DNA from: Ranitomeya imitator
Taxonomy: Eukaryota
DNA length: 64,000 nucleotides
Direction: 5' to 3'
Assembly (NCBI RefSeq): GCF_032444005.1
Contig: NC_091285.1
Coordinates: 516,274,001-516,338,000, forward strand
In this document: piece by piece, positions 1 to 12,460 of the stretch
Layout: each line of letters begins with the position of its first letter
How positions within the stretch are numbered: the first letter of the stretch is position 1
Made by a program: the position numbers and the translations under genes
Notes under the pieces: model-generated
What the model was told of the DNA's origin: nothing
The model's database searches: none
Seen by the model: only the letters and a program-made list of their open reading frames with translations

Positions 1-240
1 CGGCACATCGCGATCATCTTTGATCGCGGTGTGCCAGGGGTTAATGTGCCGGGGGGCGGTCCGTGACCGCTCCTGGCACATAATGCCGGATGTCAGCTAC
101 GATAGGCAGCTGACACCCGGCCGCGATCGGCGGTGCTCCCCCCGTGAGCGCCGCCGATCGCGCTGGACGTTCTATCCCGTCCATGGTCATAGGGGCCCAC
201 CCCACATGGACGGGATAGTACGTCCGATGTCAGAAAGGGG
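1..240. mobile_element. Right end of a TTAA-flanked piggyBac-like non-autonomous element (runs off window start)
   Basis: Ends ...GTCAGAAAGGGG followed by TTAA (241-244); reverse complement TTAA-CCCCTTTCTGAC resembles the termini at 25788/43240; GC-rich, many short palindromes. Confidence 0.6.
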
Positions 241-244
241 TTAA

Positions 245-1066
245 AGGGGTTGTCTGATCAAAATCGATAAGTCTGCAGTCACTCTATGTGACTGCAGACG
301 TATGAATCCCCCCAGCACATGGACTGTGCACTTTGTGGATTTGTCGGTTTCAGATTCGGGAACAGAGGGTGCGTATGCATTATACATACCCCTGGCCAGT
401 GGGCGTGGCTTCACTCTATACACCTGTATTGAGCCAAGGCCGTACCCCTGCCAGTGACATAGATTGAGTGCGGTCTCGCTCCATTGAAGTATATGGAGAG
501 CTAGGCTGCGCCTGCTGGCCGGGACTATGTCTAACTCATATAAACCCTCCGTTCCTGTCTCTGAAACTGGCGAATCCCCGCTGTGCATACTTGAATACAG
601 TCGCTATGCGGACCACAAAAATGAAGGGACTTATTCAAAATCTACATGAATGGGGTGATCACTTTTGGTCATTCCCATGGTTAGATTTAAATGTCCAACT
701 TTTGTCAATGTATATGTTGCAAGCATAACAGTGACGCATAATCTGTTCTCAATAAGTACTGTACTGTTACATTAATAGGGATCTGAATAAATCATGTATT
801 GCTGTGAGAAGGATTTCCTTATCTTCTCTGAGAGCCCCCTAGATTATTATAGGGGATGGCCAACTTCAGGATGTCTGGTTGAATCTCTTGAGGTCTCTGA
901 GACAATGATTGCAAAGCAGGGGTAGTCCCAAGAAAAAAACTCAGAAGGTAGGAGGGGGTAAGTGACTTTTAAAAGAATCAGGAGGCATTAGCATATTATG
1001 GTATAATTTGTTTAATTAAAGATTACATCTGCTGGTTAGGATCTTTTTTTTTTCTGTGAATACCCT
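245..1066. mobile_element. Degenerate T2/Kolobok-type MITE
   Basis: TTAA-AGGGGTTGTC at the left, ...ATACCCT-TTTAA at the right; internal hairpin GTCTGCAGTCAC-TCTAT-GTGACTGCAGAC; TIR match weak. Confidence 0.45.
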
Positions 1067-1126
1067 TTTAAATGATTAAAAACAATGATTTAATTTTTTT
1101 TTTAATTTTTAGGATATTAGCCTTAA

Positions 1127-2008
1127 AGGGAACCTGTCACCCCCGTTTTTTGAGATTGAGATATAAATACTGTTAAATAGGGCCTGCGCTGTGCGTTACT
1201 ATAGTGTATGTAGTGTACCCTGATTCCCCATGTATGCCGAGAAATACATTACCAAAGTTGGCGTTTTCGCCTGTCAATCAGGCTGGTCTGGTCAGGTGGG
1301 CGTGTTCACAGCGTTCTTTTCTTCCCCAGGTTTCCGTTGGTGGCGTAGTGGTGTGCGCATGTCCAAGGTCCGGATTCCCTGTGCCCACGTGAAGACACAG
1401 CGCGCGATCTGCGCTGTCATTCCTTTCATCGGTGCGGGCGGCCATCTTCCTGGGGCCGCGCGTGCGCAGATGTAGTGCTCTGCTGCACGGGGCTTCAGGA
1501 AAATGGCCGCGGGATGCCGCGCGTGCGCAGAAGAGATCGCGGCGGCCATTTTCCCAAAGCCGAGTTTGCATCTCGGCTTTGGGAAAATGGCCGCCGCGAT
1601 CTCTTCTGCGCACGCGCGGCATCCCGCGGCCATTTTCCTGAAGCCCCGTGCAGCAGAGCACTACATCTGCGCACGCGCGGCCCCAGGAAGATGGCCGCCC
1701 GCACCGATGAAAGGAATGACAGCGCAGATCGCGCGCTGTGTCTTCACGTGGGCACAGGGAATCCGGACCTTGGACATGCGCACACCACTACGCCACCAAC
1801 GGAAACCTGGGGAAGAAAAGAACGCTGTGAACACGCCCACCTGACCAGACCAGCCTGATTGACAGGCGAAAACGCCGACTTTGGTAATGTATTTCTCGGC
1901 ATACATGGGGAATCAGGGTACACTACATACACCATAGTAACGCACAGCACAGGCCCTATTTAACAGTATTTATATCTCAATCTCAAAAAACGGGGTGACA
2001 GGTTCCCT
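1127..2008. mobile_element. Fully palindromic T2/Kolobok-type MITE, 882 bp
   Basis: TTAA (1123-1126)-AGGGAACCTGTCAC...GTGACAGGTTCCCT-TTAA (2009-2012); arms are reverse complements over ~437 bp with ~4 differences; loop at ~1565-1571. Confidence 0.93.
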
Positions 2009-3026
2009 TTAAAGAGAAGCTATAACTTTTGAGTAAAACTCCCAAAATATCAAATTATAAGATTTTTCTCAAACACGTTAGCAAATGAGATATACAGGTA
2101 CACAGGTTTTACTTTCTATCACAGTGAGGGGAAAATCTGGTGAGATTTTCTTCCCTGGAAAATATCAGCTGTAAGTAGGGGAATGACATATGGAATCTGA
2201 ATGGTAAATTGAGAATTATGCTAAGATTTGGATAGAATTCAGGATGAACAAATTATTTTGCCTGTTTTATTGTTGTCAACTAGCTGCTCTATAGAAGGCA
2301 ATGGGAGCATCAACTTACCTTTTTCACTCACAAATTTGCTAAAAGGGAAGAACAAACAGGGTTAATATATTAAGCAATGAATCAAAATATGTGGCAAACC
2401 AGCGAAATGCAAAAAATTTGAAAATGTTCCTCATCTACCAAAAGCTTGCACTGTACTTCATACATAATACTACTATATATCAGACGTTATACAATATCTC
2501 TGTGTATTCAGAAGCCCAGATAGAGGAGGAAGATGCAATTACCAGTAAAAGCTTAATCTACATGATAAGGACATGAGTGCTTCTATGTGGTTAATTTACT
2601 GGAAGAGAAAATAACTGCTTATAAAGGGCTATGTAAGGACATTGCTGCTTCTAAAGGGTTCATCTGAGTTTCAATAGATACACACAAAGCTTCCAGACAG
2701 AACAGAAGCTGTGAAAGGTTTTACCTCTGTAGCTGTTTCTTCCATCCTTCTATTCCTTCTCATCATGTTACATATTATAAAGGAATTCACCTTACCTCAC
2801 TTCATTTATCACTATATCCAGCAAGAAATAAGATAGCAGCACAGATATCCACTGTGTTCACAATCTGCCCACTCCTAGTCCCTCCCATACTGTGCTTTCC
2901 CCAGTGCACAACAGGAAGTTAGGCGGTAGTCAAGATAATGAGGAATCTGACTTTAGCCAACCTCATCCTCCTCTTTTTAAAGTGACAGCACTTTTATTGC
3001 TGGATCAGAGAAGAAATATTAACTTT

Positions 3027-3029
<3 letters not shown>

Positions 3030-3093
<64 letters not shown>
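3030..3093. repeat. (TA)n microsatellite
   Basis: ~32 uninterrupted TA units. Confidence 0.98.
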
Positions 3094-3096
<3 letters not shown>

Positions 3097-5219
3097 TTGA
3101 AAAAGGGTTACATTTTGCATTCCTTTCACCTCACCATGAAGATTCCCAGGAGGTGATTTGCCCTATTTAAATGTATGATAGCAGCAGGCACTAAATTGCA
3201 CATGTACCAAATAACCTATTTATAACATTAGGGATATATTTGATTTAAAAATTACCTTATGTTCTATGAGAAAATGCAGCATGGAATACTAAATAATACT
3301 TCACAAAACTCAGCTATAGCTAGCTTACATGGTAAATCCACAATGACAGTAATTTATATAGGACTAAAGGCTAAAATGTAATGACCGAATCATATAGCCA
3401 TATACCATAGTTATTTAGCTTGCAGTCTTTTTGTTTAGGGCATTTAAGAGGTTGAATACAATCACTTATATTTTAAACTCCAATTCCTCTGTCAGGCTCT
3501 GTGCTCAGTGTAATATGTGTATCATTTTAGACTTAGCTTTGGATATGGAGCAGGAGCATTACTTGTCGGATTCCAGTCCGCACATGTTCTGTATTCTTTA
3601 ATCCCTATTAATAGCCATTATTTTCTCTTATCTTAATCTCTTCTGAATCTTTCAATGCCACAGTCGTCTTCGATGGTTTCTCCAAACCCCCGAAGAGTAA
3701 AGAGGATTGAAAGAAAGTTTAAAAACCTCACTCTGGATCAAAATAAAAATTGGTCCTTAACCCTGTTGCTACCAGCAAGGACAGATGAAACATCCTTTTC
3801 TTCTGTGCAAGTTTCTGTATAAGTCAAAATTGGCTTATTTGGAAATCTGTGCAGCATAGCTGCTTTCACAAAGTTTGGGGAAATAATGTCATACGTGTTA
3901 AAACATCATGCAGCTTGGTGCAATGTCAGGACAAAATAGCTGGATTTGATAAAAAGTACAAAGGCACTTTAGATGGATATAAGGAACTTTATAATAGGAA
4001 AGGGAAATGTGTGGTAATAGTTTTGGGAACTATAAACCCAAGTATGTACTATAGACTACAGACTCCTGATGAAAGTAGGAGTACAATCTATGAAACAATG
4101 TAGCTGTCTTGCGAACTGTCCATAATTGATGGACAGCCTGCCAAAGTTGGGCACAAAAGCTATCCATGATTTTTTTCTTTTTATTGAAGTTTCTATGAAC
4201 ATGCACCAAAGACTGACAAGCACAATGTAAACTGGGTCAGATCTGCCAGAATGAGAAGAATGATGCAGGGAGGAGGAACTCCATTTTCTTTCCATTCCCC
4301 GGTCAGCCAGTGCTAACTGTCTGCCCCACTCGTCTAGAATGAAGTCTGTTGGGTGACTGATGTGTCATCTCTGACTACAGGCTCTGCTCCTGCGCTGCAG
4401 CTTGAGGTAGTAAAAAAAGATGAAAGGTCATAACGTGAGAGTGAGGAGACAACCTGACTACCTATGTCTCATACTCTGACATGATTATCATACAATCCGC
4501 TGGTACAATAGCAGTTTTCAAAGACTGCTGGTTCTACTTTGCTACGTTGTATGCATATGTAAGGGGGCTTGTGGCAGTGCCACGAGTGGGGGATTCGTTT
4601 TCCGTACCCAGGCCTACTAAAGAAAAACGGGGTTTGTTTTAAGTGTGTATGTACTGGTTACCATGATGGACATTTCCTAGCTCCTCTGGTCTGCCATGCA
4701 TTGCGCCACTTTGATTCCCCGCGGTGCCACGAACGGGAAACCACCTCAGTCCTGGGGTTGCGGCTTGTGACGATTTCGCAGGACTGATAACAGGTCAAGA
4801 GCAGAGAGGGAAGGTAGTTGAGCATTTAACTGCTGTATAGAAGTCAAGGGGCTGTAGAGGTGGCTGGGATTTCATGTATTAACACGTCAACCTGGAATGT
4901 AGCTAGGATATGGTGGGACCAGTCTACTTGACAACAAGCTGTACACTATGTTAGTCAAAAGATCTCAGGAAAACCACAGCAGATGGAAAAGGCCAGTCAA
5001 TTGCAAACTTGCTTATTTCTATGCTGCCTAAGTAAGCAATTGAATAACATGAGGATACCTTTTTAATGTATAATAGTTTGCTATTCATTTATGGTGAACA
5101 GAGTAGTTGATCTTCAAGATGAGAGTATTTATTTGAGTGATGCACATTTTTGCAATTTGCTTCCTGATGTATTTAGCAAAATTGCTATTTTACTAAACCG
5201 CTAAGGGCCTTCAAAAGGT

Positions 5220-5813
5220 TAAAAATTAAAAAGAAAACCCTTCTACTCACCATACTGCTCCCCTCTTTGGCCCCTTTGTTCCTCACATTCCCCTGTTGCA
5301 TCTTCTTATTATGTTTGTTATTCTCATTGGTCTTAAGACCAGCACCGCCCCCCTGCAAGTCAAGTCACTAGCGTGGGTGGCGGTTGTCTCTGCCTACCAG
5401 GTATTCTAACAATGTGCACTGACAGTGCGCTCTGTTGCCGGCTTGTTAATGCTGATCTGAGCCGGCAAGAGCACGCTGTTTTGAGAACATGGCACAGCAC
5501 ACATTGCGCAGGCTCTAGCCCAGCCCTTGAAATGAAGGTCACTGATGACGTGTAATTTCGGGGAGGGGGCAGAAGTTACTGCAATGACCAGAGCCTCTGC
5601 CCTCTGATGATGCTTTGTTTGAGTTTCCCAGCATGCACTGGACTTCTCAAACAAATCGTCATGAAATAGGAAGTAGGAACAAAAAGAAAAGCAGTTAGAT
5701 AGTGTAGTTAGGGAAGGATATGGAATTTTTATTGCAAGTACTGTATGTTTGATTATGGCATTAAATAGATAGGAATTTAGGATGAAAAATAATTTTTATT
5801 TCAGACCACCCCT
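5220..5813. mobile_element. Degraded T2-type MITE remnant
   Basis: Right terminus CAGACCACCCCT-TTAA (5814-5817); left terminus not resolved, so the start is approximate. Confidence 0.4.
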
Positions 5814-6830
5814 TTAAGAAATTGAAAAAAAACACATCCTAAAGCTAACAGCTATTTGTTAGTTTGCAAGGACTTCTTGAAAGGTTTGCAATGGGAAATC
5901 TAGGCTTCCAAAATTACAGTACTTCATTGGTGCGATGGAAGGGGTAATGCTTAATTTGAGGGAAATAGTGAATTTTTGTTTGCTATTATTTGCAGTCAAA
6001 TCAATAGCGGGAGAATTCTGCTGTCTCATTGGCAGGGTTGTGACTCGGAGCTCCTTAATTTATGTCATATAGGTAAACACCAGTAAATTCAGAAATAAAT
6101 AGTTCTATCACATTTAGAAGAAAGCAGCACTATAATAAGATGGCATGCTATTGCATAGACTTGCAAAGAAATATAACTCCATGCACTGTAGAATTTGTTT
6201 TTTTTCTAAACCTCTATTATGAATTAATTCAGGTAAAGATAAAGACTGAATGGAAATTAGGAATATATTTTTTATATATGAATGTGCAGCAAGTAAAATA
6301 AACAACTGCTTACAGCCTTCCGCAGTGTCTGACATATTAGAAATTGGATTGCTTTGAGCAATTGTCTCACATTATCTATTGAACATGAATTGTTTCCCAA
6401 TATTTATACAGCATGCATCATTTAATCATCATCCTGTATAATTGCTAGTGCTCGGCCTCACTAACAATATTTATTAGTGGAAGCCTTCCGGTCAGACATA
6501 ACATACAGCCTTAGGCTCAAAGTTGATAGGAAGCAAAGTGAATTAAAGCTGTCTTCAAATATTGTTGAAATGAAAATGTTGATGAACAATTGCTACAGAC
6601 CAGGGCTTATTAAAGCAAAGTCAACTTACATGTACACAAATTATCTTATTCTATATATTTTACTTCGGAAAGCAGCAGTTTGAGTCTTAGATCTGCTCCT
6701 CACAGTGTAATTTTGGACAGGAAACCATTAGCAGATATTTTGGAATGAAGAAGAATTTAAAGTACAGCATATATGACTAGAGATGAGCGAAACTTTCAAG
6801 ATTCGATTCGAATCGGCAAACCCTATAGAC

Positions 6831-7141
6831 TAGTGATGAGGGAGCATACTCGTTGCTTGGGTTTTCCAGAGTATGCTCAGGTAGTCTCCGAGTATTTGTG
6901 AGTGCTCGGAGATTTGGTTATGGTCAATGCAGCTGCATGATTTATGGCTGCTAGACAGGCTGAATACATGTGTGGAATGCCTGTTTGTTAGGGAGTCCCC
7001 ACATGTATTCAGGCTGTCTAACAGCCGTAAATCATGCAGCTGTGTTGACACAAACTAAATCTCCAAGCACTCACAAATACTCGGAGACCACCCGAGCGTG
7101 TTGGGGAAAACCCGAGCAACAAGCACACTCTCTCATCACTA
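6831..7141. mobile_element. hAT-family MITE, 311 bp
   Basis: TIRs TAGTGATGAG.../...CTCATCACTA with extended subterminal inversion; 8-bp TSD CTATAGAC (6823-6830) / TTATAGAC (7142-7149), 7/8 match. Confidence 0.85.
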
Positions 7142-8126
7142 TTATAGACACCTCTCCATTACTAAGCTATGGACTTGATGTCACCTGACAATTCAAAGAT
7201 GACATCAATCCCCCAAATATGTACCCCATTTGCCACTACCACAGGGCAAGTGGAAAGAGTCGGGGAAAGCGGCAGAATTGGCACATCTAATAGATGCGCC
7301 TTTTCTGGGCGGCTGCGGACTGCTACATTTAGGCTGGGGGTTAAATGAATAAGATGCTGCCTTTGTCTTTACATAGTGGTTCAGATATATTGTGCCAAGT
7401 GAAAAAGACAACTTGATGATCCAGATCCTCTTGATAAAAAAATTCAGCTCCAGAATTCAGCTAGCAATCCTTCCCGTCTGAGCCCTGCCATGTGCCCGAA
7501 CAGTAGTTTTCTACCACATATGGAGTATTGGTATAATCAGGAGTAATTGCATAACAAATTGTATGGTTAATTTTCTTCTTTTAACCTTGTGAAATTAAAA
7601 AAAATTGTGGCAAAACCAACATTTTAGAGGGAAACATTGATTTTTTTATTTTCACGGTTGAACTTTATAAAATTCTGTGATGCACCTGGGGATTCAAGTT
7701 GCTCACCACACCTCTATATACAGCTCTGGCAAAAATTAAGAGACAACTACAAAATGTTCAGTTTGCCTGATTTTTCTCTTTATAGGTATTTTTTTGAATA
7801 AAATGTCAATTTTTCATTTATTCTATAAACTTCTGACAGCATGTCTCTGAATTTCCAAGCAATAAATTTTGTATTTTTTTTTCTGAGAAATGGTCAAAAT
7901 TAAAAAGAAACAGTGCTTTCAGACCTCAAATAATGCAAAGAAAACAAGTTCATAATCATTTAGAAACAACAATACTAATTTTTAACTCAGGAAGAGTTCA
8001 GAAATCAATATTTTGTGGAATAACCATGATTTTTAATCACAGCTTTCATGCGTCTTGGCATGCTTTCCACCAGTCTTTCATATTGCTTCTGGTGCAAAAA
8101 TGTAAGCGGTTCTTCTTTGTTTGATG

Positions 8127-8478
8127 CAAAAATGGAAAACAAGTCAACTCACCTGTCCAGGCTACTCCTCTTCTGATCCCGCACGGAAGGAAGCCAAGCA
8201 ACTGATTAGAAATACACACGTGGAAAAGATCCAGCGGGACGTAGGTACTCGTATAAAAAATAACATTTATTTATCCATGATTCAATTTTTTTTCCCATAG
8301 ATGTACCATGAGGAATATATTGTGAACATCAACACATAGCAGCATATGACACTACAGCAATTATAGCCTACGCGTTTCAACAAGGTGTCTTATTCATGGC
8401 CATTTTTTAATCATGGATAAATAAATGTTATTTTTTATACTAGTACCTACATCCTGCTGGATCTTCTCCATGTGTGTA
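8127..8478 (-). mobile_element. Penelope-like short insertion with 15-bp target duplication and ~75-bp inverted repeat
   Basis: CTTCTTTGTTTGATG duplicated at 8112-8126 and 8479-8493; absent from the sister copy at 48203-48705; inverted arms 8208-8282 / 8409-8483; GAAACGCGTA motif. Confidence 0.65.
8363..8403 (-). ncRNA. Degenerate minimal type I hammerhead ribozyme motif
   Basis: Minus strand ATGGCC-ATGAATA-AGACACCTTGTT-GAAA-CGCG-TA-GGCTAT: stem I pairs 6 bp (one G-U), palindromic stem III ACGCGT, but core has two mismatches to CUGANGA. Confidence 0.4.
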
Positions 8479-9621
8479 CTTCTTTGTTTGATGGCTTGTG
8501 ACTATCCATCATCCTTTGGTTACATTCCAGAGGTTTTCAATGGGGTTCAGGTCTGGAGATTGGGCTGCCCATGACAGAGTTTTAATGTGGTGGTCTCTTA
8601 ATTTTTGCCAGAGCTGTAGCTCCCTTGAGGGGTGTAGTTTCTAACACTGGGTCACTTGTATGGGTTTTCCACTATTTAGGCACATCAGGGGCTCTGTAAA
8701 CGCTACACGGCAATCGCTATTGATTCCAGCCAATTTTTCATTCAAAAAATCCAAAATCCAATGGTGTTCCTTCCTTTCCGAGCGCTGCTGTGCACTCAAA
8801 CAGTAGTTTTCCATGACATACGTGATATTGGCGTAGTCAGGAGAAATTGCACAACAAATTGTATGGTCCATTTTCTCATATTACCCTTTTGAAAGTAAAA
8901 AAAATTGTAAATCAATGTTTTTGAGGGAAAAGTAACATTTTTTTGTTTTTTTCTTTCAGCATTACATTAATTCCTGTAAGTAACCTGAAGGGCTAATAAA
9001 CTTACTGTGGTTTTGAGCATTTTGTGCGGTGCAATTTTTAAAATGGTGTCACTTTTGGGTAGTTTCTATCATATAGACCCCTCAAAGTCAAAGTGATGTG
9101 GTCCCTGCAAAGGTTTGTTTTGTAAATTTTGTTGGAAAATTGATAAGTTGACGACCAACTGCCTAACAAAAAAAATTATGCTTATGTTTAGTAGACATAT
9201 GATAAATATTATTTATTAGCTATTTTGACTGATATAACTATGTGGTTTAAGTGCATAAAATGCAAAAGTTTTAAAATTGCAACATTTTCTAAATTTTAGA
9301 CACAATTCTGATATTTTCACAAATAAATGCAAAAAATGTCTGCCTAAATTTACACTATCGTGAAGTACAATGTGTCACGAAAAAACATTCTCAGAATCAC
9401 TGGGATACGTTGAAGCGGTCCAGAGTTATTGCCGCGTAAAGTGACACTGGTCAGAATTGTAAAATCTAGCCTGGCAATTATCTAAGTTCTAGCTTTATGT
9501 CTGAAATATGAATGCTAAAATGTGGCTGTATTATGATCATATGAAATTAGTCTTAGACTGGCATTTTTATCAGAATGCTAGAGTGGTTTTTGTGTGAATA
9601 TCAAATACATAAAACACTTTA

Positions 9622-10044
9622 AGGGAATCTGTCAGCAGTTTTTTTGCTATGTAATCTGAGAGCAGCTTGATATAGAGGCAGAGACCCCGATTCCAATGAT
9701 ATATCACTTACTGGACTGCTAGGTGCAGCTTTGAAAGAATCCCTATTTTCTCTGCTGTAGATGTAGCAATTCTATGAATGCTAAGCTCTGTAATACCCAC
9801 CCACTCCACTGATTGGCAGCTTTCTGTGTACACTGTACATAGGCAGAAAGCTGCCAATCAGTGGTGGGGGCAGGATTACACAGATTAGCTGAACTGCCTC
9901 GCACAGGACCTAGTCCGGCAGTGATAATCACTGATTGTATTGCAACTACAGCACACAGTAACTGACATATTGCTGAAATCAGGCTCTGCCTCTACATTTT
10001 TCTGCTTTCAGATTAAGTAACAAAAACCTGCTGACAGATTCCCT
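9622..10044. mobile_element. T2/Kolobok-type MITE, ~423 bp
   Basis: TIRs AGGGAATCTGTCAGCAG / CTGCTGACAGATTCCCT; TTAA at the right (10045-10048), TTA at the left. Confidence 0.85.
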
Positions 10045-10049
10045 TTAAC

Positions 10050-10790
10050 CAAATAATTTTTTTCACACCTTTGTTTTTTCCTGCTTCTAAGAGCCATTTT
10101 TTTTATTTTAGATGTAGAAATACTTGTTTTTGTTGTACGAGCTAACAGTTTTAATTATACATTCATTTTACCATGCAAATTACTGCCAGATATGAAGAAA
10201 ATTCCAAGTGGGATTAAATAGTGAAAAAATTAAATTCCACTATTTCTTACTTCTTTTTATGGTGTTCATTGTGCAAAAAAAAAAAATACCTGGAAATATG
10301 ATTTTACAGCTCAATGCGATTATGGCGATGCCAAACATGTATTGATTTTTTTTTCTATTTAAGTGATTAAAGCAAATTCTGAATAATGTAAAAATATATT
10401 TTTTTGCTTCCTGTTGCCATTTTCAGAGACCCATAATACTTTTATTTTTCTGTTGATGGACTCGTGAAAGATTGTTTTTTGAGCGATGAGCTGATGTTTT
10501 GTTGATACCTATTTTGTGTACATGTGACACTTTGATCGCTTATTATTCATTTTTTAGGGGGTGAGATGACAACCCCCAAACTCCCCCCCCCCCCCACCAC
10601 CACCACCACCACCATACTGGCATTTTGATTTTTTTTCTTCCTTACAGAGTTTACCAACAAGGTTAATTGATTCAGTATTTTGATATATCAGACTTTTATG
10701 ATATCTGTGATATCAAATATGTTTTTTTTCCTTTATTTTTAAAGGGGGAAAACATGGGAATTGATTTGACATTTTTAATATATTTTTATA
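10050..10790. mobile_element. AT-rich internal fragment of a non-autonomous DNA transposon family (related copy at 63135-64000)
   Basis: Collinear similarity to 63135-64000 (TTTTACCATG...AATTCCAAGTG...TTTTCAGAGAC); termini not seen. Confidence 0.5.
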
Positions 10791-11916
10791 CTTTTTTAAT
10801 TTAAAAAAAAATATTTAAGGCTTTGGTAGTAGTTGTTTAAGAGAGATGCCAGCTATATAATATAGATGTAAGTAAGATCATATAAGTCTTGTAGAGCAGA
10901 ATTAGTTTATATACTCTTTGTGTGACCAGTTAATATAATGTATTGGCTTAACATGAGCAATGCTAATCACAAAGTCCCCTCTGCTGCATCTGTATATTAT
11001 CTGGGCAAAAACAAATTGGGGAACTCGGTAACTGAAGGCGGCTTTAAATGGGGAAATTCACAGCAATGAATGAACAACACTAGTAAACATTAAACAGAGA
11101 ACAATAATCCCATCTCTGCACGTTGGATGTAGCACTTTATACATTGAGTCTCCACTATATGATGAATTGATCTACCATTTTGGAATGGGAAGAAGATAAA
11201 TTAGCCTGACATTTTACTCATTTTCTATTCTCTGTGGGAACGCTATTTGGGTCCTAAATATGTTATTTGCAGAGACCGCGTGAAATAATTGCAGTGTCTT
11301 TTCAGTAGCCAGGGAAACAAAATAAAAAGTGGCCCTCAAGTATACTGTCAGCGATCAATTCTTTATATGTCCATTCAGACACTAACTTTATGTATCTGCG
11401 TGACAGGCGGAAAGAAGGTGCTAGCAGGTGTGTATACAGTATATCTGTATATTCATACACAAGAACAATATATATATTTATATATGTAAAATACTTGTCA
11501 GCTGAGAAGTTCCATTCATGTGTATGTAACTAGAACACAATAATTATATGAATTTGTGGATGAAATCTGTAGAAGTGCTATCATTGGATGCATGCATCAA
11601 CCAGTGGCATAACTAGAATGCTATGGCCCCAGGGCAAAATGGGCCGCTACCACTAGGGTTACTCAAAGTTGTGGTTGTTAGAGTTTATAAAGATCAATGT
11701 TTGGCCCCTGTAAAAAAATGCAAGTATATTATATTAATCACACAGAAAACTAAGCAATAAGATCATTTTCTAAGTAATACTTCTTAATAATACGAACATA
11801 CAAATACCAAATTATTATATTGCCAGTGTTGGAAGAACAAGCATATTATCGTATTGTGTAATGTGAATTGTGCTATGCATTAATAATGTTAATGATGTGT
11901 GTTGTACAGTAGGAAA

Positions 11917-12460
11917 AATAATAATAATAACAATAATACATTTTTATTTATATAGCGCCAACATATTCCGTAGCACTTTACATTATAGAGGGGATTTGTA
12001 CAGACAATAGACGTTACAGCATAACAATAAACACAGATCAAAACAGATACAAAGAGGAATGAGGGCCCTGCTCGCAAGCTTACAATCTATGAAAAGTGAG
12101 AGTTATGGTTGGGATTAGCCCAGAGTGGGGAGGGGTCAAGCTGAAGGGAGTGAGACAGTTTCCAGGGAAAACGTCAGAAAGGGCTCAGTGTGCATAGAAA
12201 ATTGAAGTAAGTTCTGATATGAGCAGTGTTGCATGATGTAGATGTCCTTTACGTGAGAGGAGACCAAGAGAAAGAGATAGCAAGATTCTAGCGGAAAATG
12301 GAAGAGAAGTGACTGAAGGAGTAGAGTGATCGATAGGAGATGGGTCATGGGACAGGATGCCTAGCAGTACAGCCCAGAGTTTATAATTTATAGAAGCAGC
12401 GGGCCTAGACAGACCTCCACTTTCATGCAACGTGCTGGGACGTAAGAAATGAGTACCTCA
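11917..12460 (-). mobile_element. 5'-truncated L2-like LINE fragment with (TAA)n-type tail
   Basis: Minus strand ends GGAATATGTTGGCGCTATATAAATAAAA + (ATT)n; same 3' end at 47416-47612 and similar to the L2 tail at 61640-61690. Confidence 0.7.

Larger units (their letters stand above)
7721..8616 (-). mobile_element. Non-autonomous Tc1-like element retaining only the transposase C-terminus
   Basis: TA-CAGCTCTGGCAAAAATTAAGAGAC...GTCTCTTAATTTTTGCCAGAGCTG-TA; minus strand reads SWAAQSPDLNPIENLW; second copy at 48203-48705. Confidence 0.9.
7440..9480. mobile_element. Internal fragment of the piggyBac-like TTAA family seen at 40200-43240, interrupted by a Tc1 derivative
   Basis: Shares motifs (GCTCACCACAC, GGTGTCACTT, GTACAATGTGTCACGAAAAAAC, GTGACACTGGTCAGAATTG) with 40200-43240; bounds approximate. 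Confidence 0.72.

Noticed and set aside
1204-1950. Mirror-image ORF pairs on both strands
   Set aside because: Produced by the palindromic MITE; no protein features.
2512-2544. Possible 33-nt exon (EAQIEEEDAIT); also 5996-6072 (QINSGRILLSHWQGCDSELLNLCHI)
   Set aside because: Weak or ordinary splice signals, phases cannot be chained with the other candidates, and no recognisable protein.
11602-11660. hAT-like left end CAGTGGCATAACTAG
   Set aside because: No partner TIR or TSD found, so extent cannot be supported.
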